From Scenedesmus sp. PABB004 (lineage: Eukaryota), in NCBI GenBank assembly GCA_014905635.1, contig JABVCE010000004.1:1550001-1614000 (forward strand): a stretch of 64,000 nucleotides of DNA, in the 5' to 3' direction. Positions 11,407-22,700 of this stretch are shown here, piece by piece; positions within the stretch are counted from its first letter, which is position 1, and every line of letters starts with the position of its first letter. Position numbers and translations under genes: made by a program. The notes beneath the pieces were generated by a model. That model ran no database searches. It was not told the origin of the DNA and saw only the letters and a program-made list of their open reading frames with translations.

Positions 11407-13555
11407 ATGCAGCTGCAGCGCGCGCGGGCGGCTCGGCCGTCGGAGGGCGCCCGGCTCGCCCGGCCAGCGGCGCGGCCCGCGGCGCGGCGGGGGGTCGTGG
11501 CGCCGGTCGCTGCATTCGGCTGGCCCCGCCCCGCGGAGCCGTCCAGGCGGAGCCGGCAGCGCAGCGCGGCGGCAGACCCGGCGTTCGGGAGCGTTGACTA
11601 CGAGAAACTCGTGCCCAGCGACGTCACGACGTGCCCGCACGGCAACGTCGAAGGTGGGTCGGCACTGCGCGCGCGAATGCGCCGCATCGCGGCCGCCCGC
11701 GGCGCCCGGCGCGGCCGGGGAGGCGGCACCCAGCGCCCAGGGAGCTGTGTGCGCCGGAGCACCGGCTGCGGCGCAGACCCGGCGCCGCGCGGCCGCGAGC
11801 AGCGGCGGCGAGCTGTGGCAGCGACTGTCGCGCGCGGGCGCGCCCCTCACGCCGCCCGCCGCTCCCCGCCGCGCAGCCCTCATGCGCAGCGCCGACACGG
11901 TGCTGACGGCGACGGCGCGCGAGACGCTGGAGCAGCTCATCCCCAAGCTCAACCGCGTCTCCGGCCTGCCAGTGGTGGACGCCGACAACCGCGTCATCGG
12001 TGTCATCAGCCGCAAGGTGCGCGCGCGTGCGGCGCGCGCGTGGCGCCGCAGCAGGGAGCAGGCGCGCAGCGGGCGGGGCGGCGGCCGGCGGCGCTGCGCG
12101 ACGCGGCACGCGCGCGCGCGCTTGCAGGACATCATCCGCGTGCGCCGCGCGGAGGGCTCGCTGCGCGACCGCGTGGAGGCGCACATGACGGCGCCCGCGA
12201 TGACCGTGTCGGCAAACACGGCGGTGCGCAAGGCCGCCAAGGTCATGCTTCAAAACAAGATTCGACGGCTCCCGGTCGTCGACCGCGACGGCCGCGCGAT
12301 CGGGTGCGCCGCGCGCCGCGTGCCGCCGGCTGGGCGGGCCCCGCGCGCGTGCGCGCGCCCGGCCCGCCGCTGCCCGCGCGCCAGCACCCGCCTGACGCCC
12401 GCCGGCTGCCCACACCGTGCGCCGCGTGGTCTGCCATGCCAGGCTGCTGTCTCGCAGCGACATCTTCAAGCCCCTCTTTAAGGAGGACTATGAGGACTTC
12501 CTCGAGCGCGAGCGGGTGCGTGCCCGCCCCCGCCCGCCCGCCCGCCCGCCCCACGCGCGCGGCAGCGCCCGCGGGAGCGCCCGCGGGAGCGGCGGCAGGG
12601 CGGCGGGCGGCGGCGGCCCGGCCAGCCGGCAGCGCTGCTCGTCGGCAGCCGCAGCGATGGCGCCAGCGCCGGCGCCGGGCCCGCTCACGCGCGCGCCGCG
12701 CGGCGCGCGCCGCAGGCTGCGATGGCGAGCGGCGCGGGCGTCGCTGCGACGTGGGACGTCAAGTACCTCTACGACGGCGACTGCGCGATGTGCCGCAGCC
12801 TCAAGGCCGTGCTCGAGCGCCAGGACAACCGCGCGGGGCTCATCAGCTTCATAGACATCTCAGGCACGCGCGCAGGGGCGCCTGCGCGGGCGTGCTGGGT
12901 GGCGGCCGCCGCCGCGCCGCGCCGCGCCGAGTGGGCTGACGGCGCCGCCACGCCCGCTGCGTCGCCGCGCGCCGCGCTGCCGCCGTGATGCTCAGACCCG
13001 TACTACGACCCGCTGGCCAACATGGGCATCGAGTACGACGAGGCCATGGAGACGATCCACGCGATCAAGGCCAACGGCGAGGTCGTCATGGTGCGGCGGG
13101 CACGGCGCCCCGCGGCGCCCCGCGGCGCCCCGCGGCGCCCCGCGGCGCGCGCCGCTCGCGCCGCCGCCGCCGCCGCTCACGCCGGCGCCGCTCACGCCGC
13201 CGCCGCCGGCCGCGCAGGGCACGGACGCGCTGCGGCTGCTGTTCTCGACCGTGGGGCTGGGCTGGGCGGTCGACATCATGGAGATCCCGCTGGTCAACAA
13301 GATCGTTGACCTGCTCTACGACTTCCTCTCCGCCAACCGCATCAGCCTCGGCAACACCCTCGACGGCATCATCGCCGCCAAGCGCATCGACATGTGAGCC
13401 CCGCGCCGCGCCGCGCCGCGCCGCGGCCGACCCCGCGGCGCCGGGCTGCGCCGCACCGCGGCTGACGCGTGCGTGCGCGCCGCCGCCGCCACAGGAGCAA
13501 GCAGGGCGTGGAGACCTGCGGCGACGTGGACGAGGAGTGCACGATCGAGTGGTGA
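11407..13555 (+). CDS. Probable plastid-targeted CBS-pair + DCC1-like (DUF393) thiol-disulfide oxidoreductase fusion, 8 exons
   Basis: R/A-rich transit-peptide-like N-terminus. CBS motifs SGLPVVDADNRVIGVISRKD and IRRLPVVDRDGRAIGLLSRSD. DCC motif YLYDGDCAMC...FIDIS...EAMETIHAI...LYDFLSANR. Ends EECTIEW*. Confidence 0.88.
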
Positions 13556-14005
13556 GCGCCCGCCCACCACTGCGCAGCGCCGCCACGCTCCCACCCCACC
13601 CTTGAGAACTGGATTCTTTTTGCGCGCGGGCGGCACAACCACCCTGAGAACTGAGGGGCAGCGGGCGGGCGGGCGTCTGTGTCGTGTTCAGCGGCGCGCG
13701 ATTCGTGCGCGGCCGCTCGATTCCTGGTGTGGTTGGCAGGCAATCAACGCGGCGGGCCCGCGCACACGCGGCTGCACGCAGCGCAGCGGCGGGCGCGGGC
13801 GAGTCTGCGTTTCACGAATGAAGCATGTGCACGCCCGGCTGCGCGGGCAGCCGGCGCAACACACGTGCGTCGGCGCGGGGCGCCGCCGCGCGGCGGCTGT
13901 CTGTGGCCGCGGCGGCGGGGCGGCCTCGGGCGGGGCGGTCAGGTCGGCCATTCCTTACTTGATGCACACGCGACAGCGCTGCGCCCTGGGCCGCGGAGCG
14001 AGCAT

Positions 14006-14010
14006 TGTAA
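14006..14010 (+). terminator. TGTAA polyadenylation signal, probably of the CBS-DCC gene
   Basis: This is the first TGTAA I saw downstream of the stop at 13555. Confidence 0.45.
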
Positions 14011-14053
14011 CCCCCGGCCCTGTTCCTCAACCCCGCGCCTGCTGCCCAGCCGC

Positions 14054-15898
14054 TCAGCCGCCGGCTGCCGCGTCGGCAGACGCGGGCGCGACCTTGTCGA
14101 GCGCCGCCAGGAAGTCCGAGAGCTGCAGCTGGCGCAGCTGCACCTGCTCGCCGCCCCCACCCGGCGCTGGCTCGCCGCCGCCGCCCGCCGCCCGCCCGGC
14201 GCCGCCCAGGCGCGGCCGCTTGTGGCCACGCTGCTGGCGGAGGAGCTCCCGCACCGGCGCCATGGCCGCGACGCGGCACACCACGGCGAGGTCGCTGCCG
14301 CTGTAGGCCTCGGTGCGCGCCGAGAGCTCGTCCAGCTCGCCCGGCGCGAGCGCGGACGCGAGCTCGGGCCGCGCGAGCGCGGCCGCGAAGAACGCGCGCC
14401 GCGCCGCCGCGCCGGGCAGCGGCACGGCGATGCGGCGGCTGAAGCGCCGCAGCAGCGCGGGGTCGCAGTCCTGCGAGCGCGCGCGCGGCGGCGTGCGCGC
14501 GCACGGGGCGCGCCGTGAGCACGCCTGTATGCCGCGCGGCGCGCTGCTGCGCGGCGCAGTGGCGCGCGCGCCTGCATGCGGTTGGTGGCGGCAAAGACAT
14601 AGAGCCCCTCCTCCTCGGCGGCGCGGTTGAACTGCAGCAGCAGCTCCGTCAGCAGCCGCCGCGCGCCCGCGTCGGGCGCGCCGCCGCGGCTCGCGCCCAG
14701 GCTGTCCACCTCGTCCTGCGGCGCGCGCCGCGGCGCGGGGCGGCGGCCGCTCGCAGGACGGCGCGCGGGGCCTCACCGCCGCTCGCGCGCGGCACGGCTG
14801 GCTCGCCGCGCCGCACCAGGAAGAGGATGCAGGGCTGCATCGCGCGCGCCACGTCAAAGAGCTGCGCCACCGCCTTTTCGCTCTCGCCCGCCCACTTTGA
14901 CAGGATCGTGCTGGGGCTCACCGCCAGCAGCGCAAAGCCCGCCTCGGCCGCCACCTTTTCCACCAGGAGCGTCTGCGGCGGCGCCAGCCGCGCCGGCCGC
15001 GCCGGGGGCGCTGGGTGCGCTGGGCGCGCTGGGGGCGCGCGGCGGCAGCGGCGGCGCGCGCCGCCGCGGCAGCCCCCCACCTTGCCGGTGCCGGGTGGGC
15101 CGTGCAGCAGGAACGTGCGCGGCGGCTGGCGCAGGCCCTTGAACAGGCGCGGGTGCTGCAGGGGCAGGAAGATGGACTCCTCGACCTCCTCCTTCACCTC
15201 GCTGCGCGGTGCGCGGCAGGCGGCACGCGCCGCGGCTGAGGCGTGCCGCCCGCCCTGCCGCGCGGCGCGGCGCGGCGCGGCTCACTCGAGGCCCACGACG
15301 TCGTCCAGCCCGCCCGCCACGTTGCGCTGGCAGAGGCGCAGCAGCTCCACAGCGCCGCGCGGGTCGTCCTGCGAGTTGTCGCCGTTGAAGCAGCTCTGCA
15401 GGCAGCCTGGCGCGCCGATGGCCTGTAGCTCCAGCGGCGCCGCGCCGCCAGGGCAGCGCTGCTGGAGCCGGTCGTACGAGCCTGCCAGGCTGCTGCCCAG
15501 GCTCGGGTGGTGGCCGGGCTCAAGCTGCACCCACTCCTCCTCGGCAGCGGCCACGTCGGCGCAGGCCTTGAGCGCCTGCGGCCGGCGCCGGGTGGGCGGA
15601 GGGTGGCGGGCGCGCTGGCGGGCGCGCGCGCGCGCCGGCGCTCGAACGCGCGGCCGGCGCGGGGAGCGCGCGGCGCGTGCTGCGGCGGCCGCCGCACCGC
15701 CGCGCGCTGGGCGTAGCTGGCCGCCAGTCGGGCGCAGAGGACGGCGAGGTCGGAGCCGGCGGGCAGGTGAAGGTCGAGCAGGAGCTGCAGCTGGCACGCA
15801 GCGGACGCGAGCGCTGCCTGCGCGTCGCCGCCGTCCGCCGCGGCGGCCTGCGCCGCCTCCAGCACGGCCGCCACCTCGCCCACGACTCCGGGCGCCAT
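14054..15898 (-). CDS. Meiotic-clade AAA+ ATPase (katanin p60/spastin/fidgetin/VPS4-like)
   Basis: [48 protein letters not shown] (Walker A), SKWAGESEK pore loop, ILFLDEVDSL (Walker B), AATNR...DPALLRRF and YSGSDL. The start codon is tentative. Confidence 0.88.
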
Positions 15899-16104
15899 GG
15901 AGCCGCCCGGGCGGAGCGGCCCCGGCGGAGCGGCGCCGCCGTGCAAGCAGACGGCGCACCGCGCTGCAGGGGGGGGGGCGCTGGGGCCGCGGCGGGCCGG
16001 CCCGCTGCGAGGTGCTGACGCGTCTGAATCAGCGGTGCCGCGCGCGGACGAATCAGCGGATGCAAGCGGTTCAACCGCCAGCACGTCACGCCAACCGCCG
16101 ACCG

Positions 16105-17011
16105 TCACATCCGGCTGCTCCGCGCGGCGGCCGCCGCTGCGGCGTGCTCAACCTTCAGGCAGGCGTCTGAGACGACCTTGACACCGGCGCGCGCGAGCGC
16201 CTCCTCGAACTCCGGGTGCGAGATGCCGCTCTGCGGGCGGCCGGTGCGGCTGCGTGGGCGCGCCCTCGGCCACCGCCGGGCCGGCGCGGCGCGCGCCGCG
16301 TGCCTGCGTGGGCGCGGCCGCAGCCGCCGGGCCGGCGCGGCGCGCGCCGCGTGCCTGCAGCCAGACCGCCTTGACGCGCCCGCCGCACGCCAGGATGTCG
16401 TCGAGGTGCGCGGGCAGGTCACTCGGCTTCCTGAACACGTCGACCAGGTCGATCTCGCCTGCGACCGCGACCGCGCGGCGCTCGCAGGACGGCGCCGCGC
16501 GGCGCCCGCAGGGCCGGGGCGGCGCTTGCAGGGCGTGTGCGGTGCGCGCGGCGGCCGCACCCGGCACGTCCTGCACGCGCCGGAAGACGGGCTGCCCCAG
16601 GATGTGTGTTGCGTCGGGGTAGAACACGGGCACCGGCACGACCTCCACGCCCGCGGCCTGCAAGTATTGGGGAACAAAGTAGGCCGGCTGCCCCGCCTTG
16701 TCCTCGTCCTTGATGCCCAGCACCGCGACGCGGCGCGCGCCCAGCGCCAGCTGCGGCGGCGGTCACGGGCGAGTGGCCACCAGCGCCACAATAACACCGC
16801 CACGAGCATGGTATGGGCCGCTCCACCGCGACGCACCGCCGCCGCCGGGAGCAGCGGCGCGGCAGCGCACCTCGCGCACCGCCGCGGCGTCCCTGACGAG
16901 GTTGTCCCGCCACGCTTCGCCTGAGGCCGTGGCCATGGCTCGCACGCCGCGCGTGGGCCCGCCGGGGCGGGCCCGGGGGGTGCTGTGCGCGAACAGCGGC
17001 AGCAGCAGCAT
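16105..17011 (-). CDS. CoA-binding domain protein (YccU-like)
   Basis: RRVAVLGI...PAYFVPQYLQAAG...PV...EIDLVDVFRK...KAVWLQSGI...AGVKVVSDACLKVEH, over 4 exons. Confidence 0.88.
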
Positions 17012-17296
17012 GCAGCGGCGGGCGGTGGGCGGCGTGGTGGCGCGGCGCAGGCTCTCTGGCTGGGGCGGCGGTCTCAGCTCGCTGCTGACCTGGCGGAGTC
17101 CACAGCGGCGCAGACTGTTACCACGCCAAAAGCGCGCCCGCGCTTTTGACCCCTCAGCGTGCAGTCCACGCGCAGCACACAGGTGCTGCCGCAACCCCAC
17201 AGTGCGCAACCCCACAGTGCGCGTGCGCAAGCCCAGGGCGGCCGAGGGTGCGGCCTGTCGGCCCCGGCGTGCTTGCGCCCCGCCGCGAGCGCGCGC

Positions 17297-18981
17297 TCAC
17301 GCGGCGAGCGGGCAGTCGAGCGCCGGCAGCACGAAGAGCCAGATCCAGATGGGCAGGCCGCAGAACAGAAACAGCACCGCCAGCGCGCTGGCCGCCCAGA
17401 GGGTCCAGTAGAGCCACGCGTGCCGCCGCCAGCACGAGCGCCGCGGCGCGCCGCCGCCGCCCGAGAGGCGGTCGAGCGCGAGGGTGTGGCTGATGCGCCG
17501 CGCGACCGCGGCGGCCGCGCGCCAGCGGCGGTCGTGCAGGTTGGGGAGGAAGAGCCAGGAGACAAACAGCCCGCCCAAGAGCCCGCCCACGTGGCTCATG
17601 TGGCTCACGCGCCTGCGAGGTGCGTCGCGGGGGCGCACGCGCGCGGCGGGCGCGGCGCACGTCGGCGGGCGGAGCAGGCGCGCGCGGAGCAGGCGCGCGC
17701 GGAGCAGGCGCGCGCGGAGCAGGCGCGCGCGGAGCAGGCGCGCGCGGGCGCGCGCGCGGCACACTCACAGCAGCGGCGCGGAGCGGGCGGTCGCGTACTC
17801 GATGCCCAGGGTGAGCCCGACCGAGGCGAGCACGAGGACGAGCCGGACAACGGGGCGGAACAAGCTCTCCCAGTTGAGCAACACGTCGGCGAGGCACAGC
17901 CCCAGGAAGCCATACACCGCACCGCTGCTGCCGACGTAGATCCCACACGGCGTCTCAAACACCATGGACATGAAGGTGCCCCCAAACGCTGCGGCGCGGC
18001 GCGGCGCGGCGCGGCGCAGGTGGCGCGCGGCGGCGGGCCCGGGGCAGCGCGCGGCCGCGCCGCCGGCGCGGGCGTGCGGGCGCGGGCGTGCGGGGGGGGG
18101 GGGGGCGGCGGCGCACCCGCGGCGAGGAAGACGACCGCGATGCGCAGGGGGCCGTACGCGTGCTCCAGCGGCACCGCCAGGACGACGAGCGCGATGCAGT
18201 TGGACAGGAGGTGGCTGAACGAGCCGTGTATCACGACCGACGAGAAGAGCCGCCACCACTCGCCCGCCGCGATGCTCGGGGCCGACCTGCGCGCCCGGGC
18301 GTGCGTCGGAGGGCACCGGCGGGCGGCGCGGGCGGCGCGGGCGCGGCGGCGCGGAGCCCGCGCGCGGCGGCGCGCACCGCGCGCCCCAGGCGAGCAGGTA
18401 CTCGGCGTCAAAGCTGAACACGGGGCTGGCCACCCAGAAGCGCAGCCACGCGAGCAGCGCGGAGGGGCCCCACGCGGAGCGCAGCGGGCTGTCGGACGGC
18501 GGCTGCGCGCCGCGGCACGAGAGGAAGGTCCCGTAGTTGCCCGCCATGTAGGCGAATATGAAGCAGCAGAGCAGCACGACGCCGCTCGTCCACAGCGCCC
18601 AGTAGTGCGTCGCCGGCGGCGGCACGAGCCACGCCTGCCGCCACGCGGCCGCGGCCGCGGCGGGCGCGTGCGCGTGCGCGTGCGCCGCCGCCGGCGGCGG
18701 CGCGGTGGCGCGCGGCGAGCGCGCGTCGGCCTCCACGAACAGCGCGACGCGGCCGTCGCCGCCGCCAAAGGCCTTCGCGCGCTGCTGCTCGTGGGGGGCG
18801 CCGCCGCCGCCGCCCTGGTCGCCGCCGCCGCCAAACATGCCGGAGTCGCGGCTCGCGAGCGCGCCGGCCGGCGGCGCCGCGGCCGGCGAGTAGGCGGCGG
18901 CGGGGCCGCTGCTGCTGGCCGAGAAGATGGCCGGGTAGGCCATCCAGCTGTACATGCTGGGCGCGCTGGGGTCGGCCGCGG

Positions 18982-19031
<50 letters not shown>

Positions 19032-19211
19032 GGCGGCGCGGGCACGATTTCCTGCCTGGTGGCGACCAGGCAGCGGCGCGGCGCCGCGGTGAGCGCACGC
19101 GGCGGCGCGGGCGGGCAGCGAGCGCTCGCCGCGGCGCGGCAGCGGCCCTGGCGCAGGCCCCCCTCACCTGCTGCTCAGGCCGGGCTGGCCGGCCGTCCCC
19201 CAGCTCCCCAT
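17297..19211 (-). CDS. Rhomboid intramembrane serine protease
   Basis: GEWWRLFSSVVIHGSFSHLLSN, catalytic GSSG (YVGSSGAVYG) and His (SHMSHVGGLLGG), several TM segments and a polyQ N-terminal region. The first exon (19168-19211) is tentative. Confidence 0.88.
17670..17744. repeat. 15-bp minisatellite (CGGAGCAGGCGCGCG)x5 in a rhomboid intron
   Basis: Five perfect units read directly. Confidence 0.9.
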
Positions 19212-19701
19212 CTCGACGCCGGGGGCAGCGCCGCCGAGCGCTGCTCCGCCGCCTGCGTGGGCGCCGCCTGGCCGGGCTGCGCCTGCCGCGCTGCGTTGTT
19301 GGCGTGGGGCTGGCGCGTGGCACGCGTGAGGCAGCGGCGCAGCGCGTGCGCGCGCGCGGGTGGGGTCGAACGCCGAGGCGCCTGCGGCCAGAAACGCGCA
19401 GCCGGCAATTCGCGCGGCGCACCGACGCTGACGACGGCGGGCGCGCTGCGCGGGGCTGGTGGGCAGGGCCGCAGAAGCTGGCGGCGGCGGTGCGGGCGGC
19501 ACGGCGGGGCGACGCGGCGGCGCGAACTGCTCAGGTGCCCTTCTGCGGGGTGGCGCCGCACAGGCAGCCCCCAGACAGCGCCGACAGCCCGGCGGCGCGG
19601 TTGCAGACAGCGTTGGGCAGCTCCGCGCGCGCCGCGTGCCGCGCCAGCTTCCGCCTGGCCCAACGCGCCGCGCAGCGCGCCGCCCGCGCGCGCCGCCCTT
19701 G

Positions 19702-22700
19702 CTAGCCCTCCATCGGCGCCGCGCCGCCGCCGCCGCCGCCGCCGCTGCGGCGCTGCTCGGCGAGCCACGCGGCGATGCGCGCCTTGAGCGCGCCGTCCGG
19801 CACGAGCTGCTCGGGCGCCAGCGGCGCGCGGTTGATGGGGTCGCGCAGGTCGGTGAGCAGGTGGCGCATGATCGTCGCGCGGTCCATCACCGCGCCGCTG
19901 CTCGGCAGCGTCACGGGGTCGGACATGAGCGTGTAGGTGATGGGGTCCAGAAACTCGTCGGGCACGTCGCCCAGCGCCTCCTCGTCCGCCGCGCCCGCGC
20001 TCGCCGCGCTCGCGACGGCCGCCGCGAGCGCCTCGAGCTGCTCCACCTGCGCGCGCGCGCGCGCAGGGGCAGGGCGCGCGGCGTCGGCCGGGGGAGTGGG
20101 GGGGGGGGGCGGGGCGGCAGCGGCGGGCGCGGGCGCGCGCGCGCGGTCCGTCTGCGTGCGCCGCGCGCCGCGCCGCGCGCTGCGCGCACCTCGAGCTCGC
20201 GCATGAGCCCGAGCTGGCGCAGCACCATCGCCGCCTCAGCAAACATCTCCGGCCGGTAGCTGCGCCCGTCGGCCGCGATCGCGGCCGCAAACGCGCCGCC
20301 CCTGTCCGCGGCCGCGACGTGGAGGTAGACCGTCGCGATGGCGACCAGCAGCTCCTTGGGCTTGAAGTTGTACTTCTCAGGCTCACGCACCTGTGGGCGC
20401 GGCGCCACGTACGCACGCGCGGCAGCGCAGCGGCGGCGGCGGCAGACGCGGCGGCGCGCAGCGGCTCAGCGTGCTCAGCGGCGGTGCGCGACCAGCACGC
20501 GGCGCCCCGGCCGGCCCCCGCACGGCCGCCGCCCGGCTCCGCCATGCATCCCGCCAGGTCCCTCCCCCTGGCCGCGCGCCCGCTGCTGCTGTGCTCAGTG
20601 TTTCCAGCCCCACCTTGAGCTTCTTGCGCTCCGGGCCGGTGAGGTACAGGAGGAAGTAGTTCAGCATGCCGGCGAGGCGCCCCACCATCTCCGGCAGCAG
20701 GAACGGGCCCGCCACCTCGCTCGTGCTCACCGCGAGCGTGTTGATCACGCCGCTGCAGCGGCGGCGGCGCGCGGAGCACGGCGGCGGCGCGGCGCGGGGC
20801 TGGTGTGCGGCGCTCGCGCCGCGGCGGCGCGCGGGGGCGTGACGCGCAGCGGGCAGGCGGCGCGCGCGGGGTGGGCGCACCTGCCGAGGTAGAAGCAGCT
20901 GCTCATCTCCTGCTTGATGCGGTCCAGCGCGCGCCGCTTCTCCGCCGCCTCCTGCCCGCTCAGCCCCGGCGCGGGGCTCGCCAGCTGCGCCTCAAGCTCG
21001 CGCAGCTCCTGCGCCCGCGCGGCCGGCCGGCGCGGCGTCGGCGCGCAGCCGGCGCGGCGCCACGTTCGCGCGGCCGCCGCCGCCGCCCCGCTCGCCCCGC
21101 CCCGCACCCCGCTCGCCCCTCAGCCCCCGGCGTCCCTATAGGGACGCCCCGCGCGCTGCCCCGCCGCCGCGCCGTGCCTTTGTCTTCTTGAGCGCCTCGT
21201 CGAGCAGGTACGTCGCGTCGTTGATCAGCATGTTTGCAAAGCGCAGGTACGGCCCCCGCCCGCCCGACAGCCCCGCGTAGCGCCGCCACGCCTCGCGGTG
21301 CGGCGGCAGCGTCCAGCAGTGCATCAGGATGTCGCCTGCGCGCGGCGGACGGCGCGCGTGCGCGCGTGAGGGGGCGGGGGCGCGGCGGCGGCGGCGGCGG
21401 CGCGCGCGCGCGCCGCCCCGCGGGGCGCGCGGCGCACGCGGCGCGCGGGGCCTCTCTCTAGCGGCGCGCGCGCGGGCGGGCGCGTGCGCGTGCGTGTGCT
21501 CCTTGCTGCCGCTCACCGATGTACTGGCGCATGTTGAACTTGGCGTAAAACTGGTTGGCCCGGTCCGTATGCTCCACGTCGGCGTACACGCTCAGCAGCG
21601 CGGGGACCATGTGCCCCAGCACCAGCGGGTGGCCCTCAAACAGGTGCCCCAGCGACGCGTCCAGCCCGCCGCCGCCGGGGCGCCTGCGGCGCGGCGCGGC
21701 GCGGCGCGGCGCGGCGCGGCGCGGACGCACGTGAGCGCGCCGGCTCGCGCGCGGGCGGAGGCCTCGCGTGGCGCGCGCGCGCGGCGTGCGCGGCGCACGC
21801 GCCGCACCGCCGCACGAAGCCCGGGTGCGCCGCGCCCTCGGGCGGCAGCAGCGCGTGCACGACCTCGCACAGCTTGCCGCGCAGGTGCGGGGAGCGCAGG
21901 TAGGCGGGGCTGCCCATGAGCACCACCGCGAGCAGCATGAAGTCGGCGAGCTGCCCCGGCGCGCCCGCGAGCAGGCGCGGGTGGTGGCGGGCGAGGTAGA
22001 TGAGGTACGCCGCCACGTCCTCCACGACCCACTCCGGCAGCAGCGCCCAGCCCATGGGCACCGCCTCGGGCAGCGGCAGCTCCGGCGCGCCGCTCGGCGA
22101 CACCGTGCGCAGCAGCCACGCCGCGACGAGCCTGCGCGCGCGGGCGGCGCGCGGACGCGCTCGGCGCGGCGGCGCTCGGCGCGGCGCGCCGGCGGCGCGC
22201 GGCGCCCTCGGCGCGTCCCGGCCCGCGCCTCGGCGCGCCGCCGCCGTGGCGGGCGCGCACCGATAGAAGGCGAGGGTGTCGGCCACGAGCTCCGGGTCTG
22301 TCAGCACCGCCTCGGTCGCGTAGCGCGCGGCGGTGAGCGCGTCCATGCTCGCCTCCACCTCGCGCAGCCGCTGCGCGACGACGGCCGCCGCGGGCGAGCC
22401 CGCCATGCTGCGCGGGGCGGCCGCGGCGGCGGCACGGGGTGGATTGGGGGGGGGAGGCAGAGCGGCGCACAGGACTCCCGCCGCGCCGCGCCGCGCGCCG
22501 CGCGCCGCGCGCCGCGCCCCACCCGTCGGCGACGGCCTGCAGCTCCTGGCGCGCCTGCGCCGCGCGCTGCAGGTCCCAGTAGAGTGCGCCGTCGGTGGCG
22601 TCGTCCACGAGCTTGGCGAGGCCGAGGTGCAGGGCTTTGAGCGTCATGAAGAAACACTCGCAGATAAAGTGCGGCGACCCGGGCGGCCCCGCCGCCGCCT

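Larger units (their letters stand above)
5397..11725. repeat. Segmental amplification A-B-A-B-A (A ~788 bp x3: 5397-6182, 8167-8954, 10938-11725; B ~1984 bp x2: 6183-8166, 8955-10937)
   Basis: Direct reading shows near-identical sequence at a period of 2770-2771 bp. Identity starts at gtccccgcgcgcag and A ends at ggggaggcg. Confidence 0.97.

Noticed and set aside
17670..17744. Short tandem arrays (also 54557-54606, 13105-13148, 17191-17222) as CRISPR-like arrays
   Set aside because: They are head-to-tail units with no spacers, in eukaryotic introns or UTRs.
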